From the NCBI GenBank assembly GCA_019658995.1, contig JAIFWN010000001.1:20852-84851 (forward strand): a stretch of DNA of 64,000 bases. The letters are read 5' to 3'. Origin of the DNA: Candidatus Parcubacteria bacterium (lineage in GTDB: Bacteria; Patescibacteriota; Minisyncoccia; Phycocordibacterales; Zambryskibacteraceae). The translations under genes and the position numbers were made by a program. Under the pieces are notes generated by a model, which saw only the letters and a list, made by a program, of their open reading frames with translations, did no database searches and was not told the DNA's origin. Of this stretch, positions 17,457 to 27,197 are shown in pieces (the first letter of the stretch is position 1; each line of letters opens with the position of its first letter).

Positions 17457-19527
17457 GAGGCCATGACTCGACCATTAGAATGCTTTTACCGTCATGCATT
17501 TCCTGCCAGATCTCTTCGGTGATGAATGGCATAAATGGATGCAAGAGTTTGAGCGATTGCTCAAGTATATAGTATAGAGTAGATCCGTAATCGTTCTTAC
17601 CCTTGCTCTCCTCGATTATCTCATCGGCGAATCGGTGCCAGACGTAGTGGTAGACCTTCTCGGCCGCGATATAGAATCTGAAGTTGTCCATGTCGTTCGT
17701 GATATCCCTGGACAGCGCTTCGAGCTCCTCTTTGAGGTCGGTCTTAATCTCGCCAGCGGGCTCTTTGTCGAGCACGTAACGAGCGATGTTCCAGACCTTG
17801 TTGGCAAAATTTTTATAAGCCTTGATCTTATCGGGTGAGAGTGAAAGGGATGTGCCCGGGGTATTGCCGACGACCAAGGCGATTCTCAGGGCATCGGTGC
17901 CAAATTGCTCCGTAAGTACCATGGGATCGATAACATTACCTTTGGATTTGCTCATCTTCTGACCTTTGGCGTCCAGGACCAGGCCGTGGAGATATACGGT
18001 GCTGAAAGGGATCTTGTCGGTAGCGTAGAGTCCGAGCATTATCATTCTGGCTACCCAGAAGAAGATAATCTCACCGGCAGTTTCCATTATATCCGTAGGG
18101 TAGAAAGTTTCGAAATCCTTGTCACCGAGAGACTGGAGCGTAGCATATGGCCACTGCCCGGAAGAGAACCAGGTGTCAAATGTGTCAGGATCTTTATGCA
18201 CGCCCGATCCGCAATCTGGACACTTTGTTACCGTATCATCAAGATCAACCGTGCCGTGGCCGTGGTCATCGCAGATCTTGGCCGGTATGGGTATGCCCCA
18301 GACTATCTGGCGCGAGATGTTCCAGTCATTGATGTTCTCGAGCCAGTGGACGGTAATCTTCCTGTAGTGCTCGGGTATATAGGTGATGCTTCCGGCGTCT
18401 ATTTCCTTAAGAGCTCTCTCTGCCAGAGGCTTCATACGGACGAACCACTGGGCTTTTATCTGCGGCTCGATGACAGTACCGCATTTGTAGCAGGTTTTTA
18501 CAACATGTTTGTAAGCAGAGTCGATCTTCTCCACCAGGCCCTTGGACTGAAGTTTTTCTACAATCTTAGGCCGCGCTTCCTGTATCTTCATACCTGCAAA
18601 TTCTTCGGCTATGGGCAGGAGCTTGCCGTCCTCGCCTATTATCTGCTCTTTCTCGAGTCTGTGCCGTTCGGCGATCTCGAAGTCGGCCTGGTCGTGCCAT
18701 GGGGTGATGGTCATCACTCCGGTACCGAACTCCATGTCTATGGCCTCATCCTTGATGATCGTTGCCGTAATAGGCCCGTTGATCCATTCCAGGTCAATTT
18801 TTTGCCCATGTTCATACTCTTTGTATCTATCATCGGACGGATGCATGACAATGTATTTATCCCCGAACTTGGTCTCCGGCCGAGCGGTCGCGATAGTGAA
18901 TGGTCCATACTTGAGGTAGTAAAGCTTATCTGTCCTATCCTCGTCCTTGATTTCCAAGTCGGAAAAAGAGGTGCGGTGCTTGGGACACCAATTGACGATT
19001 CTGGCGCCCCTATACAAGAGTTCGTCCCTGGACAGGTCCTCAAATGTCCTGTAGACGATTTTGACGATATCCGGATCCAGAGTGAACTTCTCCCTAGACC
19101 AGTCGCAGGAAGCGCCCATCTTCTTTATCTGGGATCTGATATTCTTGGAATTTTCCAGGGTGAACTCAAGTATTTCTTTATACAGATCATCCCGGCTCAG
19201 GTCGAAACGCGAGCGACCCTCCTTCTCGAGCTTCTTTTCGAAAACCACCTGAGTCTCGAAGCCCGCGTGGTCGAGGCCGGGAAGCCACAAGGCTTTCTTT
19301 CCCCGCATGCGGTTGTAGCGGGTCATAATATCCTCGATAGTCATTACCAGAGCGTGGCCTGCGTGAAGCAATCCGTTGGCATTTGTCGGGGGCATAATTA
19401 TGCTGAACTTCTCCTTTCTCTCTCCTGGCAGGTTGTCCGGATTGAAATATCCGCTATCTTCCCAAATGCGATATATCTTTGACTCCGTGTCAATCGGATT
19501 ATACGGTTTAAGAAATTTATCTTTCAT
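17449..19527 (-). CDS. valS: Valine--tRNA ligase (lacks C-terminal coiled coil)
   Basis: HAGH, DHAG, DWNISRQIVWG, DTFDTWFSS, KMSKS. Confidence 0.97.
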   Translation of the reverse strand: MKDKFLKPYNPIDTESKIYRIWEDSGYFNPDNLPGERKEKFSIIMPPTNANGLLHAGHALVMTIEDIMTRYNRMRGKKALWLPGLDHAGFETQVVFEKKLEKEGRSRFDLSRDDLYKEILEFTLENSKNIRSQIKKMGASCDWSREKFTLDPDIVKIVYRTFEDLSRDELLYRGARIVNWCPKHRTSFSDLEIKDEDRTDKLYYLKYGPFTIATARPETKFGDKYIVMHPSDDRYKEYEHGQKIDLEWINGPITATIIKDEAIDMEFGTGVMTITPWHDQADFEIAERHRLEKEQIIGEDGKLLPIAEEFAGMKIQEARPKIVEKLQSKGLVEKIDSAYKHVVKTCYKCGTVIEPQIKAQWFVRMKPLAERALKEIDAGSITYIPEHYRKITVHWLENINDWNISRQIVWGIPIPAKICDDHGHGTVDLDDTVTKCPDCGSGVHKDPDTFDTWFSSGQWPYATLQSLGDKDFETFYPTDIMETAGEIIFFWVARMIMLGLYATDKIPFSTVYLHGLVLDAKGQKMSKSKGNVIDPMVLTEQFGTDALRIALVVGNTPGTSLSLSPDKIKAYKNFANKVWNIARYVLDKEPAGEIKTDLKEELEALSRDITNDMDNFRFYIAAEKVYHYVWHRFADEIIEESKGKNDYGSTLYYILEQSLKLLHPFMPFITEEIWQEMHDGKSILMVESWPHE

Positions 19528-19569
19528 GCGTCTTACATACTAGCACGATAGGTGCGCCGTTCTTGTAAA

Positions 19570-19664
19570 GGACATAAATAACCTAAGAGACATAATGGAC
19601 ATAATTGAACAAGAATATGTCCTTTATGATATTTCTTGACTATTATGTTTCAAGAACGTAGGGT
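19570..19664 (+). promoter_or_regulatory. Sigma70 promoter preceded by GACATAA direct/inverted repeats
   Basis: TTGACT(19636)-N17-TAGGGT(19659); three GACATAA copies and inverted TATGTCC. Confidence 0.55.
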
Positions 19665-19685
19665 GGCAACACCCGCAATTCCGAA

Positions 19686-21935
19686 ATGAAAGCAATACGT
19701 ACGAATATTCCTAAAAGAATGACGACCATCCTCATGGCGATTGTTGTTATTTGTACCAGTATACCTTTTTCCGCTTTTGCCGCGCTTTCCGTGGATCTCA
19801 AGGCAAATGGCCAAGATTCGCTTACTCTTGCAAACTCAACTTCTTCTTTTGATATAACCCTTAACCAGACCGACGCAGTAAGCTGTCAAATTACCGGGCC
19901 TGGCGGTTTGTCTTCGGGCTTTGCCATAGGCTCGACGATGACTATTGCGCCCGGGAGTCCATCCTATCCAGCAGCCGGAGGAAGCAGTACTTTCACTATC
20001 GGATGTCTGGATGCCGGAGGCGCGTCATTAACCGACAGTGTGACTGTGAATGCACCGGCCGCTCCCGCCGCGGCCCCAACTATAGACTTGAAGGCTAATG
20101 GATCTGACGGTCCGGTTACTGTTACCTCAGGAAGCGCTTATACATACACCTGGACATCATCTAATGCCACAGCTTGCCAGACTTCTTCTCCTGTTACTTC
20201 CGGTGTTACTCTGGCGGGAAGCGGTACCGTCAATCCCGGTGATCCTTTCTATCCGGCAGTAGGTTCTCCGGTAACCATCACTATTACCTGCACCAATGGC
20301 TCGCAGAATGCCACTGACTCTGTGGTAATCAACCTTAGTCCCGGCGGCGGAGGCGGCGGATCAACCCCGACTATAGATGTGAAGGCCAACGGTCAGGACG
20401 GCACCGTCACCGTCACAAGCGGTTCGAGCTACACCTATACCTGGGTCTCTGGCAATGCCACAGCCTGCCAGATGAGCTCTCCGGTAACTTCCGGCGTATC
20501 TTTGTCAGGTAGCGGCGTTGTAAACCCGGGAGACCCGTTTTATCCAAGTATCGGAAACCCGGTAACCATCACCATTACCTGTACTGACGGAACCCAAAAT
20601 GCCACCGACTCGGTGATAGTTCAGCTTACACCGGGCGGAGGAGGCGGCGGTTCGCCGACTGTGGATGTAAAGGCTAATGGATCGGATGGTCCGGTAGTGC
20701 TCCAAGTAGGCCAGACGTATGTTTATACCTGGGTCTCTGGCAATGCCACAGCCTGCCAGATGAGCTCTCCGGTAACTTCCGGAGTAGCCTTAAGCGGTAC
20801 GAGCGTCACCATAGACTCTTCCAATACGGCATTTTATCCGACCCTAAGTGCGCCGGTAACCATCACTATTACCTGCACCAACGGCTCGCAGAATGCCACC
20901 GACTCTGTGGTAATACAGCTTGTAAACAATGGAGGCGGAGGTGGTGGGGGTGGTGGGGGAGGAAGCAGCAGTTCGAGCGGCAGGGGATCGGTTCTTCCTG
21001 GTGCCATCAGCGCTGAGTGTCCGTGGATTCATGACTACATGAGGATCGATTTCAATAATGACCCTATAGAAGTGGCCAAACTTCAGGCTTTTCTCAAGGT
21101 CTTCATGGGTTATGACTATGTGACGGTTAACGGCGTCTTCGATCAGGCAACCTGGACGGCTGTTGGCGCCTTCCAGATGGCTTACCGTGACGAGATTCTT
21201 ACGCCATGGGGCCATACAGCACCCACACACTATGTCTACATTTTGACCTTGAAGAAGGTCAACGAGATCTTCTGCCAGCAGATAATTCCACTGACACCCG
21301 ACCAGCAAAATGAAATCGTTGCCTTCAGGAACTTGATCAATATAGGTCCTGCAAGAAGCTCAGGTCAGAGCGGCTTTTATAGTAAGGAGGGCTTCATATC
21401 CAAAGAAGGCTACATTTCAGGTGATGGAAGCGGCCTGGGAACAGCCTCGTCTACCACTACGGTGATACCGCAGACCTCGACGACCACCGTACCGGTCGAA
21501 GTACCCATAACCGGTAATAAAGGACAAATATCCACAGGCTTAGCAGCAGCACTGTTTACCTTCCCGGATAATCTAAAGGACAATATGCTATGCCTGTTCG
21601 AGTTCGCGCTAATACTAATTGTCTTATATATACTGGGAAGTGTCCTTAAAGATGTCCTTTATAGCGACTTGCCCGAGAATGCCGTCAAGCGCTTCCTTGC
21701 CAAGTGGATAACCATATCTCTCGGCCTTCTCTTAACACTCATCGGTGCATATCTTCTTAAGGAGTTCTGCCTCCTGCTGCCAACTCTGATTGCACTTGTG
21801 GCATCACTTCTCTGGATGTCTTTCTATCCTAAGCACGATTCCATGAGGAGCACTACCAAGTCCTGGACAACCTGGAACAAGGGCCCTGCGGGCGCTACGG
21901 TAGTTGATAAAAAGGAGGAGAGGAAAGCCGCCTAG
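19686..21935 (+). CDS. Exported surface protein: 4 Ig-like Cys-containing repeats, Gly linkers, peptidoglycan-binding-like domain, C-terminal TM helices
   Basis: Signal peptide; repeated D(L/V)KANG.DG...C...TITC...TDSV; EVAKLQAFL..VNGVFD..T..AV.AFQ..Y..EIL.PWG. Confidence 0.85.
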   Translation: MKAIRTNIPKRMTTILMAIVVICTSIPFSAFAALSVDLKANGQDSLTLANSTSSFDITLNQTDAVSCQITGPGGLSSGFAIGSTMTIAPGSPSYPAAGGSSTFTIGCLDAGGASLTDSVTVNAPAAPAAAPTIDLKANGSDGPVTVTSGSAYTYTWTSSNATACQTSSPVTSGVTLAGSGTVNPGDPFYPAVGSPVTITITCTNGSQNATDSVVINLSPGGGGGGSTPTIDVKANGQDGTVTVTSGSSYTYTWVSGNATACQMSSPVTSGVSLSGSGVVNPGDPFYPSIGNPVTITITCTDGTQNATDSVIVQLTPGGGGGGSPTVDVKANGSDGPVVLQVGQTYVYTWVSGNATACQMSSPVTSGVALSGTSVTIDSSNTAFYPTLSAPVTITITCTNGSQNATDSVVIQLVNNGGGGGGGGGGGSSSSSGRGSVLPGAISAECPWIHDYMRIDFNNDPIEVAKLQAFLKVFMGYDYVTVNGVFDQATWTAVGAFQMAYRDEILTPWGHTAPTHYVYILTLKKVNEIFCQQIIPLTPDQQNEIVAFRNLINIGPARSSGQSGFYSKEGFISKEGYISGDGSGLGTASSTTTVIPQTSTTTVPVEVPITGNKGQISTGLAAALFTFPDNLKDNMLCLFEFALILIVLYILGSVLKDVLYSDLPENAVKRFLAKWITISLGLLLTLIGAYLLKEFCLLLPTLIALVASLLWMSFYPKHDSMRSTTKSWTTWNKGPAGATVVDKKEERKAA

Positions 21936-22963
21936 AGATCGAGATTGCCTCTGGCTACTATCTCGTCCGGGGACTCGGCGCGGTTCGTAAGCAATCTCAC
22001 ATATGCGGCAATGCCGATCATGATGGCGTTATCAGTCGTAAGGCTCTGTATAGGCAGACGAAAATCCAGGGAGAGCTCGTCTGCGAGAGCTTGAAGATTC
22101 TTTCTCAGGAGTTTGTTGGCCGCTACGCCCCCTCCGACAATGAGAGTCTTGGCACCGTGTAGGTTCGCGGCTGCTCTGGTCTTCTCCACAAGGGGTTCGA
22201 TGGCCGCATCCTCGAAGGCTTCTGCCAAGGACTCTTTGGTTTTCAAATCAAGTTCGCCGAGCTTTCTTGTAGTATAGAGTACCGAAGTCTTGAGGCCGGA
22301 GTACGAGAAGTTCAAATCTCCGGATTTAATCATGGGCCTTGGAAAATGGAATGCCGGAACACCCCCTCTGTTTCTGGAGATTTCCGCAAGTTCCGAAATC
22401 TTCGGGCCGCCGGGGTAGGGAAGACCGAGGAGGCGGGCAGTCTTATCGAAGGCTTCGCCCACAGCATCGTCGCGGGTGCGGCCTATGATCTTATATTTGT
22501 CGAAGTCCTCTACATGTACGAGCTCGGTATGGCCTCCTGATACGAGGAGAGCTATGGCGGGGAACTCGATTGGTTTACTTTGTTCAAACATGTATGAAAA
22601 CAGGTGACCTTCCATATGGTTTACCGGTATCACTCTCTTGCCCCATTTTTTCCCAAGTTCTTTGGCAAACTCGATGCCGGTCCAGAGTGCCGGTTCGAGG
22701 CCGGGACCTGAGGTGACTGCAATGTAATCCACATCCGAATTGTCAGCTTCCTGCATGGTTTTGGGAAGTAAAATAGGCAGATTCTTGATATGTTCGCGCT
22801 TGGCGAGCATCGGATAGACTCCGCCGTACTCCTTATGTATATGTATCTGAGACATTAAAGAGTTTCCGAGCACCTTGAACTCAGGCACTGGCAGTGTGCC
22901 ACTACACTCGAGCACGGCCACAGCCGTCTCATCACAGGATGTTTCTATAGCTAGTATTCTCAA
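21932..22963 (-). CDS. tsaD: tRNA t6A threonylcarbamoyltransferase
   Basis: LAIETSCDET, HMEGH, LLVSGGHT, DDAVGEAFDK, TDNAIMI. Confidence 0.97.
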   Translation of the reverse strand: MRILAIETSCDETAVAVLECSGTLPVPEFKVLGNSLMSQIHIHKEYGGVYPMLAKREHIKNLPILLPKTMQEADNSDVDYIAVTSGPGLEPALWTGIEFAKELGKKWGKRVIPVNHMEGHLFSYMFEQSKPIEFPAIALLVSGGHTELVHVEDFDKYKIIGRTRDDAVGEAFDKTARLLGLPYPGGPKISELAEISRNRGGVPAFHFPRPMIKSGDLNFSYSGLKTSVLYTTRKLGELDLKTKESLAEAFEDAAIEPLVEKTRAAANLHGAKTLIVGGGVAANKLLRKNLQALADELSLDFRLPIQSLTTDNAIMIGIAAYVRLLTNRAESPDEIVARGNLDL

Positions 22964-22964
22964 G

Positions 22965-23037
22965 TGCGCGATAGAGGACTCGAACCTCTGACCCTCCCCA
23001 CGTCAAGGGGATGCTCTACCAACTGAGCTAACCGCGC
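22965..23037 (-). tRNA. tRNA-Val(GAC)
   Basis: TCCCC-TTGACGT-GGGGA. Confidence 0.95.
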
Positions 23038-23062
23038 AATGCCCCGCCGAAGCGGAGACCCA

Positions 23063-23134
23063 TGACCCTACAGGGAGTCGAACCCTGCTTCCAAGCTTGA
23101 AAAGCTTGTGTCCTAACCGATAGACGATAGGGCC
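23063..23134 (-). tRNA. tRNA-Glu(TTC)
   Basis: CAAGC-TTTTCAA-GCTTG. Confidence 0.95.
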
Positions 23135-23188
23135 AGAAACAAGCGTTATATTAACATTTTTCGGTCAAAATGGTATAGTTTTGGCCTT

Positions 23189-23275
23189 GGAAGAGTGGCT
23201 GAGTGGTTTAAGGCACTGGTTTCGAAAACCAGCGTAGGGGAAACCTTACCGTGAGTTCAAATCTCACCTCTTCCG
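23189..23275 (+). tRNA. tRNA-Ser(CGA)
   Basis: CTGGT-TTCGAAA-ACCAG, long variable arm. Confidence 0.95.
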
Positions 23276-23423
23276 CTGTCTGTAACGCTTTGGTTGAGTA
23301 AGTAGAGTTCGCGCCGAACGTCATATTTGCAGGGGCTTGTACAGCTCTTTACACATGTTGTCTGAAGTGGTAATATCCCGCTCAGACTGAAGTTCATAAA
23401 CAACCATAACAGCGAGGATTCCG

Positions 23424-24374
23424 ATGCGAATTCGTTTGGCAGTGGCAGTACTCGCCGCCCTCGCCTCGGTCTCCGAGGCGCAGGGTTTTGCAGAAGGAGC
23501 TCCATTGGTCTTTTCCGGCCCGATAACCAAAGCGAGATTCGCCAAGGCTATCCAGGACTGCGACAAGGCGGTCCTTCGTCCATCTTGCTCCGCCGTCATT
23601 CAGAAGTTCGAGGAGGTCCAGAAGATCCAATTCACCGAAGGGTCGAACAAGCAGGTCCAGCTTGCAGACTATGTAAGAAGTCTGAGCGACCGGCCATGTC
23701 CGACCGGGGCGAAGTTCAAGACAACTGAGTGGGTTCCTGGATCAGGTGGCCAGCCGGGCAGCCTGATCATCGGTTACGGCGACTGGGGTTGCACCGGATC
23801 CAGGGAAATCTTCCTCTGGGATGGTGACAAACCTGTCTTCTCGCTTGCCGATGGGCACATGATTCTCGATTACAGGGCGCCGCAAGTTGCGCGCGTGGCG
23901 CAATCAGGGAGAGGTCTTGCCCGGGCTGCGGCTGATACGGACACTACGAGAAGGGTCAGGCCGTCTGAAGCGAGTTCTGTTATCATAAAGGATCGCCAGG
24001 AAGCTCCGCCGAGGATTACACAAAGTCCGCCCGGTTTAAACTGCTGGGATCTGAACGGTAACGGCATGGCCGATCTCCTGAGCGAGGACACCGACGGCAA
24101 CGGAGTAATCAATGTCTCCGACTGCCGCGGAAAAGATGGTCAGCCGGGCCTTCCGGGACCGTCGGGTCGAGTCGTAAAAAAGGGCTTTCCGATCTGGCGC
24201 ACTTTGGGGGGAATCGTACTGGGTGTTGCCGGGGGTGCTCTGGTTTGTCATAACAACCCGGGTTACGCCGGCATCTGTCCGGAGAAGCGCGAACCCGGCA
24301 ACATCGACATCGGCATCGATATCGACAATCATAACGGTGTGACCACTGCGGGTTTCAGGTGGCGGGTGCCTTAG
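23424..24374 (+). CDS. Orphan secreted protein with CWDLNGNG..D...EDTDGNG...DC calcium-loop motif, short collagen repeat and Gly-zipper helix
   Basis: Signal peptide (SEA/Q); TTTACA-N17-TAATAT promoter; GAGG SD. Confidence 0.8.
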   Translation: MRIRLAVAVLAALASVSEAQGFAEGAPLVFSGPITKARFAKAIQDCDKAVLRPSCSAVIQKFEEVQKIQFTEGSNKQVQLADYVRSLSDRPCPTGAKFKTTEWVPGSGGQPGSLIIGYGDWGCTGSREIFLWDGDKPVFSLADGHMILDYRAPQVARVAQSGRGLARAAADTDTTRRVRPSEASSVIIKDRQEAPPRITQSPPGLNCWDLNGNGMADLLSEDTDGNGVINVSDCRGKDGQPGLPGPSGRVVKKGFPIWRTLGGIVLGVAGGALVCHNNPGYAGICPEKREPGNIDIGIDIDNHNGVTTAGFRWRVP

Positions 24375-24386
24375 CACTCGCCATTT

Positions 24387-25310
24387 TTATTTGCCGGTGT
24401 GTACGTATAGATAAATATCTTCGAGGGCACGCACAGCATCGCCGGCGGCAATATTGTTCTGATGATAGAGGACATCGGTAACATCACCTGCGGCCCATAT
24501 GCCGGGCACTTCTGTGCGCTGGGTGTGCGGATCAATGATGATCTGTTTGTTGTCGTTAAGCGGTATGGTGTTCTCGACGAAGCTGGTGGCCGGTATGAGT
24601 CCTATCTCGACGAAGACTCCCGCCGCCGGAAGCTCGTGGTCGGTACCGGTAGCAGTGTCTGTATATATAATGGAGCTCGCGAATTTATCACCCCTGACCT
24701 CTCGGATCTCGGCATTGAGTACACCTTTCATATTGCGGTGCGCCAGAACCTTATCTACGGTCATCTCGTCGGCTTTGAAAGTGCTTCCGCGGTGAAGGAG
24801 TGTGACCGACTTGGCATACGCCAGAAGCTGGGCGGCCGTCTCGAATCCAGCATTGCCTCCGCCCACAACTGCCACATCCTGACCGCTGAATAGAGGACCA
24901 TCGCAGGAGGCGCAGTAAGTGATACCTTTGTTTTCAAATTCTTTGGCACCGGGCACTTCAAGCTTTCTTCTGGATGAGCCGCTAGTTATGAGTACGGTCT
25001 TGGAGTTATAGACTTCATCTCCGGCAGTAACGGCGAATCCGCCCTCACCCCTCGCGATCTTAGTAGCTCTTATACCTGTCTTAATATCTACTGAACCGTC
25101 TGCATAAGCTCGCAGGTGCGCTTCAAGAGCTTTGGCCAGATCCGGGCCTGAGATATTCACCGTGCCGATCCAGTTTTCGATACCCATGGAGTCTATGGAT
25201 TGTCCGCCGAAAGATTCCGTAACGAGCAAGGTTTTGAGCTTTTTTCTGGCCGCGTACACTCCTGCCGCCACTCCTGCCGGGCCTCCGCCGATGATGATCA
25301 GATCGTACAT
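24387..25310 (-). CDS. trxB: Thioredoxin reductase (AhpF C-terminal-like)
   Basis: GGGPAG, CASCDG, GGGNAG, AAGDVT. Confidence 0.92.
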   Translation of the reverse strand: MYDLIIIGGGPAGVAAGVYAARKKLKTLLVTESFGGQSIDSMGIENWIGTVNISGPDLAKALEAHLRAYADGSVDIKTGIRATKIARGEGGFAVTAGDEVYNSKTVLITSGSSRRKLEVPGAKEFENKGITYCASCDGPLFSGQDVAVVGGGNAGFETAAQLLAYAKSVTLLHRGSTFKADEMTVDKVLAHRNMKGVLNAEIREVRGDKFASSIIYTDTATGTDHELPAAGVFVEIGLIPATSFVENTIPLNDNKQIIIDPHTQRTEVPGIWAAGDVTDVLYHQNNIAAGDAVRALEDIYLYVHTGK

Positions 25311-25344
25311 GTTGGATAACAATATCAGAAACCTCTGTAAAAAC

Positions 25345-25368
25345 AAAAAAGCCCCGAGAGGCTTTTTT
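25345..25368 (-). terminator. Bidirectional terminator after ftsZ
   Basis: AAAAAAGCC-CCGAGA-GGCTTTTTT. Confidence 0.75.
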
Positions 25369-25376
25369 GTTTTTGA

Positions 25377-26552
25377 TTATTTCAGTTTCGATCTCCTGAG
25401 GAAGGATGGCACCGCGCCCCAGTCATCTTCGTCATCCACGGCAACCGGTTCGGGTTTCTTGACGATCACAGGAGCTTCTTCAGCAGGCTTCTCTACTTTG
25501 GGAGAAGAGGTGAAGCTGCCGAAGATCTTATTCTTATTCTTTTCTTCCTCCGAATCTCTGTTGAATAGGGAAGAGGAGACAACTCTTTTCTGCTGGTTTT
25601 CGGGGAAGCTTGAAGCGATGACGGTAATCTTAACCTCGCCCTTTTTAAGCTTGTCGTCGTGGACGGTACCGAAGATGATCTTGGCATTCGGATCTACTGA
25701 TTCTGTAATGATCTTGGCGGCATCCTGGATCTCAAACATAGTGAGGTCGTCGTGACCGGCGATAGAGAAGAGCACGCCCTTGGCTCCGTTGATGGATATC
25801 TCAAGGAGAGGCGAGGAGATGGCTGCGCGAGCCGCATCTTCTGCACGCTTGTCGCCCTGGCCCGTGCCTATGCCCATGAGCGCTGCTCCCGCATCCTGCA
25901 TGACCGCTCGTATATCGGCGAAGTCGATGTTGATAATGCCCGGCATGGTGATGAGGTCTGAGATGCCCTCGACAGCCTCCTTAAGTATGTTGTCACAGAT
26001 GGCAAAGGCGTTCTTGGCGGTTGTCTCCTTGTCGATAGTAGCGAGGAGCCGGTCGTTGGGGATGATAATGATGGCGTCGACAGCACTCTTCAGCTCTTCG
26101 ATGGCGGCTTCGGCGATTTTCATGCGCTGGACGCCTTCAAAATAGAATGGTTTAGTCACAACTGCCACTGTCAGGATTCCGTTTTCCTTGGCTGTCCGGC
26201 AGATTACTGGAGCGGCTCCGGAGCCGGTGCCGCCGCCCATACCGCATGCCACGAAGAGCATGTCGGAACCTTTGATAGCTTCCTGAATTTCTTCCTTTGT
26301 TTCTTCGACAGCCCGCTTTCCGAGTGCCGGATCCATTCCCGCTCCGAGGCCGCGGGTAAGGTTCTTGCCTATGTGGACCTTCTTTTTTGCCAGCGATTTA
26401 TGGAGATCCTGAGCATCGGTATTGACCGCGATGAAGTCAACGCCGCGGACCTTGGAGTTGATCATGTTGTTCACGGCATTGCCGCCGGAGCCTCCGACAC
26501 CTACGACCTTGATGCGTGCGAACGATTCTATATCAGGTTTGACTTGTGGCAT
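25377..26552 (-). CDS. ftsZ: Cell division protein FtsZ
   Basis: [16 protein letters not shown]-terminal VPSFLRR. Confidence 0.98.
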   Translation of the reverse strand: MPQVKPDIESFARIKVVGVGGSGGNAVNNMINSKVRGVDFIAVNTDAQDLHKSLAKKKVHIGKNLTRGLGAGMDPALGKRAVEETKEEIQEAIKGSDMLFVACGMGGGTGSGAAPVICRTAKENGILTVAVVTKPFYFEGVQRMKIAEAAIEELKSAVDAIIIIPNDRLLATIDKETTAKNAFAICDNILKEAVEGISDLITMPGIINIDFADIRAVMQDAGAALMGIGTGQGDKRAEDAARAAISSPLLEISINGAKGVLFSIAGHDDLTMFEIQDAAKIITESVDPNAKIIFGTVHDDKLKKGEVKITVIASSFPENQQKRVVSSSLFNRDSEEEKNKNKIFGSFTSSPKVEKPAEEAPVIVKKPEPVAVDDEDDWGAVPSFLRRSKLK

Positions 26553-26696
26553 AAGTATGTTTTATTCAGAAAGTGTCCTCCGTAATTTGAGGTGTGCACA
26601 TAGTACACGAGCTCGTTTAAAAAAGAAACAGTTGACACAAGGTTTAAACGGGTTTTCTTTTCCCCATAGAAAAAGGCCGGACAAAGTATGTCCGAC

Positions 26697-27140
26697 CTAG
26701 GCCGTAATATCCTTATTGTTAGCCAGGTTTTTCGATTTTGCGGCTATGTCGAGAGCTCTTGACCTGTGCCCGGCGGACTGTTCTTTTCTGCTTTTGTCCG
26801 CTGAAATCTTCTTGATGATGTCTATTTTCTTCCGCATCACGCGCCGGAGAGTGAACTGCCAGGCCTGATTTTTCTCAAAGAAGATAACCTCACCATCGCC
26901 GATATCCGTGCTGTAGCGGAAGTGGACTACCAGCTCCGGCTTGATCGCTCTGTGGTAGAAGATCTTGACGTCTTTGGAACGAGTGCCGCTCTCTTCTGAT
27001 TCGATACGGAAGGAGAGCCCTCCGAAATTGCTGATTTCTCTGACTCTCATCTCACGGAGAAGCTCTTCGGTGAACGGGATAACTCTTTTCAGGAAGTCAT
27101 CTCGGCCTTCGAGCTTGCGTCTCTGTTTCGGGTAACTCAC
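26697..27140 (-). CDS. Orphan basic hypothetical protein between ftsA and ftsZ
   Basis: 147 aa ORF, GAGG before GTG, hairpin and T-tract at the stop. Confidence 0.65.
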   Translation of the reverse strand: MSYPKQRRKLEGRDDFLKRVIPFTEELLREMRVREISNFGGLSFRIESEESGTRSKDVKIFYHRAIKPELVVHFRYSTDIGDGEVIFFEKNQAWQFTLRRVMRKKIDIIKKISADKSRKEQSAGHRSRALDIAAKSKNLANNKDITA

Positions 27141-27197
27141 ACAGCCTCACTTGGCAGGTTCCGGTCTAGTCTTAGCAGGACATTCGGCGGGTGTCAA

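Noticed and set aside
17905-19482. 525 aa ORF on + strand
   Set aside because: Antisense shadow of valS with no recognisable motifs; the same applies to the long shadows over gyrA (36435-37616), parB, rpsA and topA
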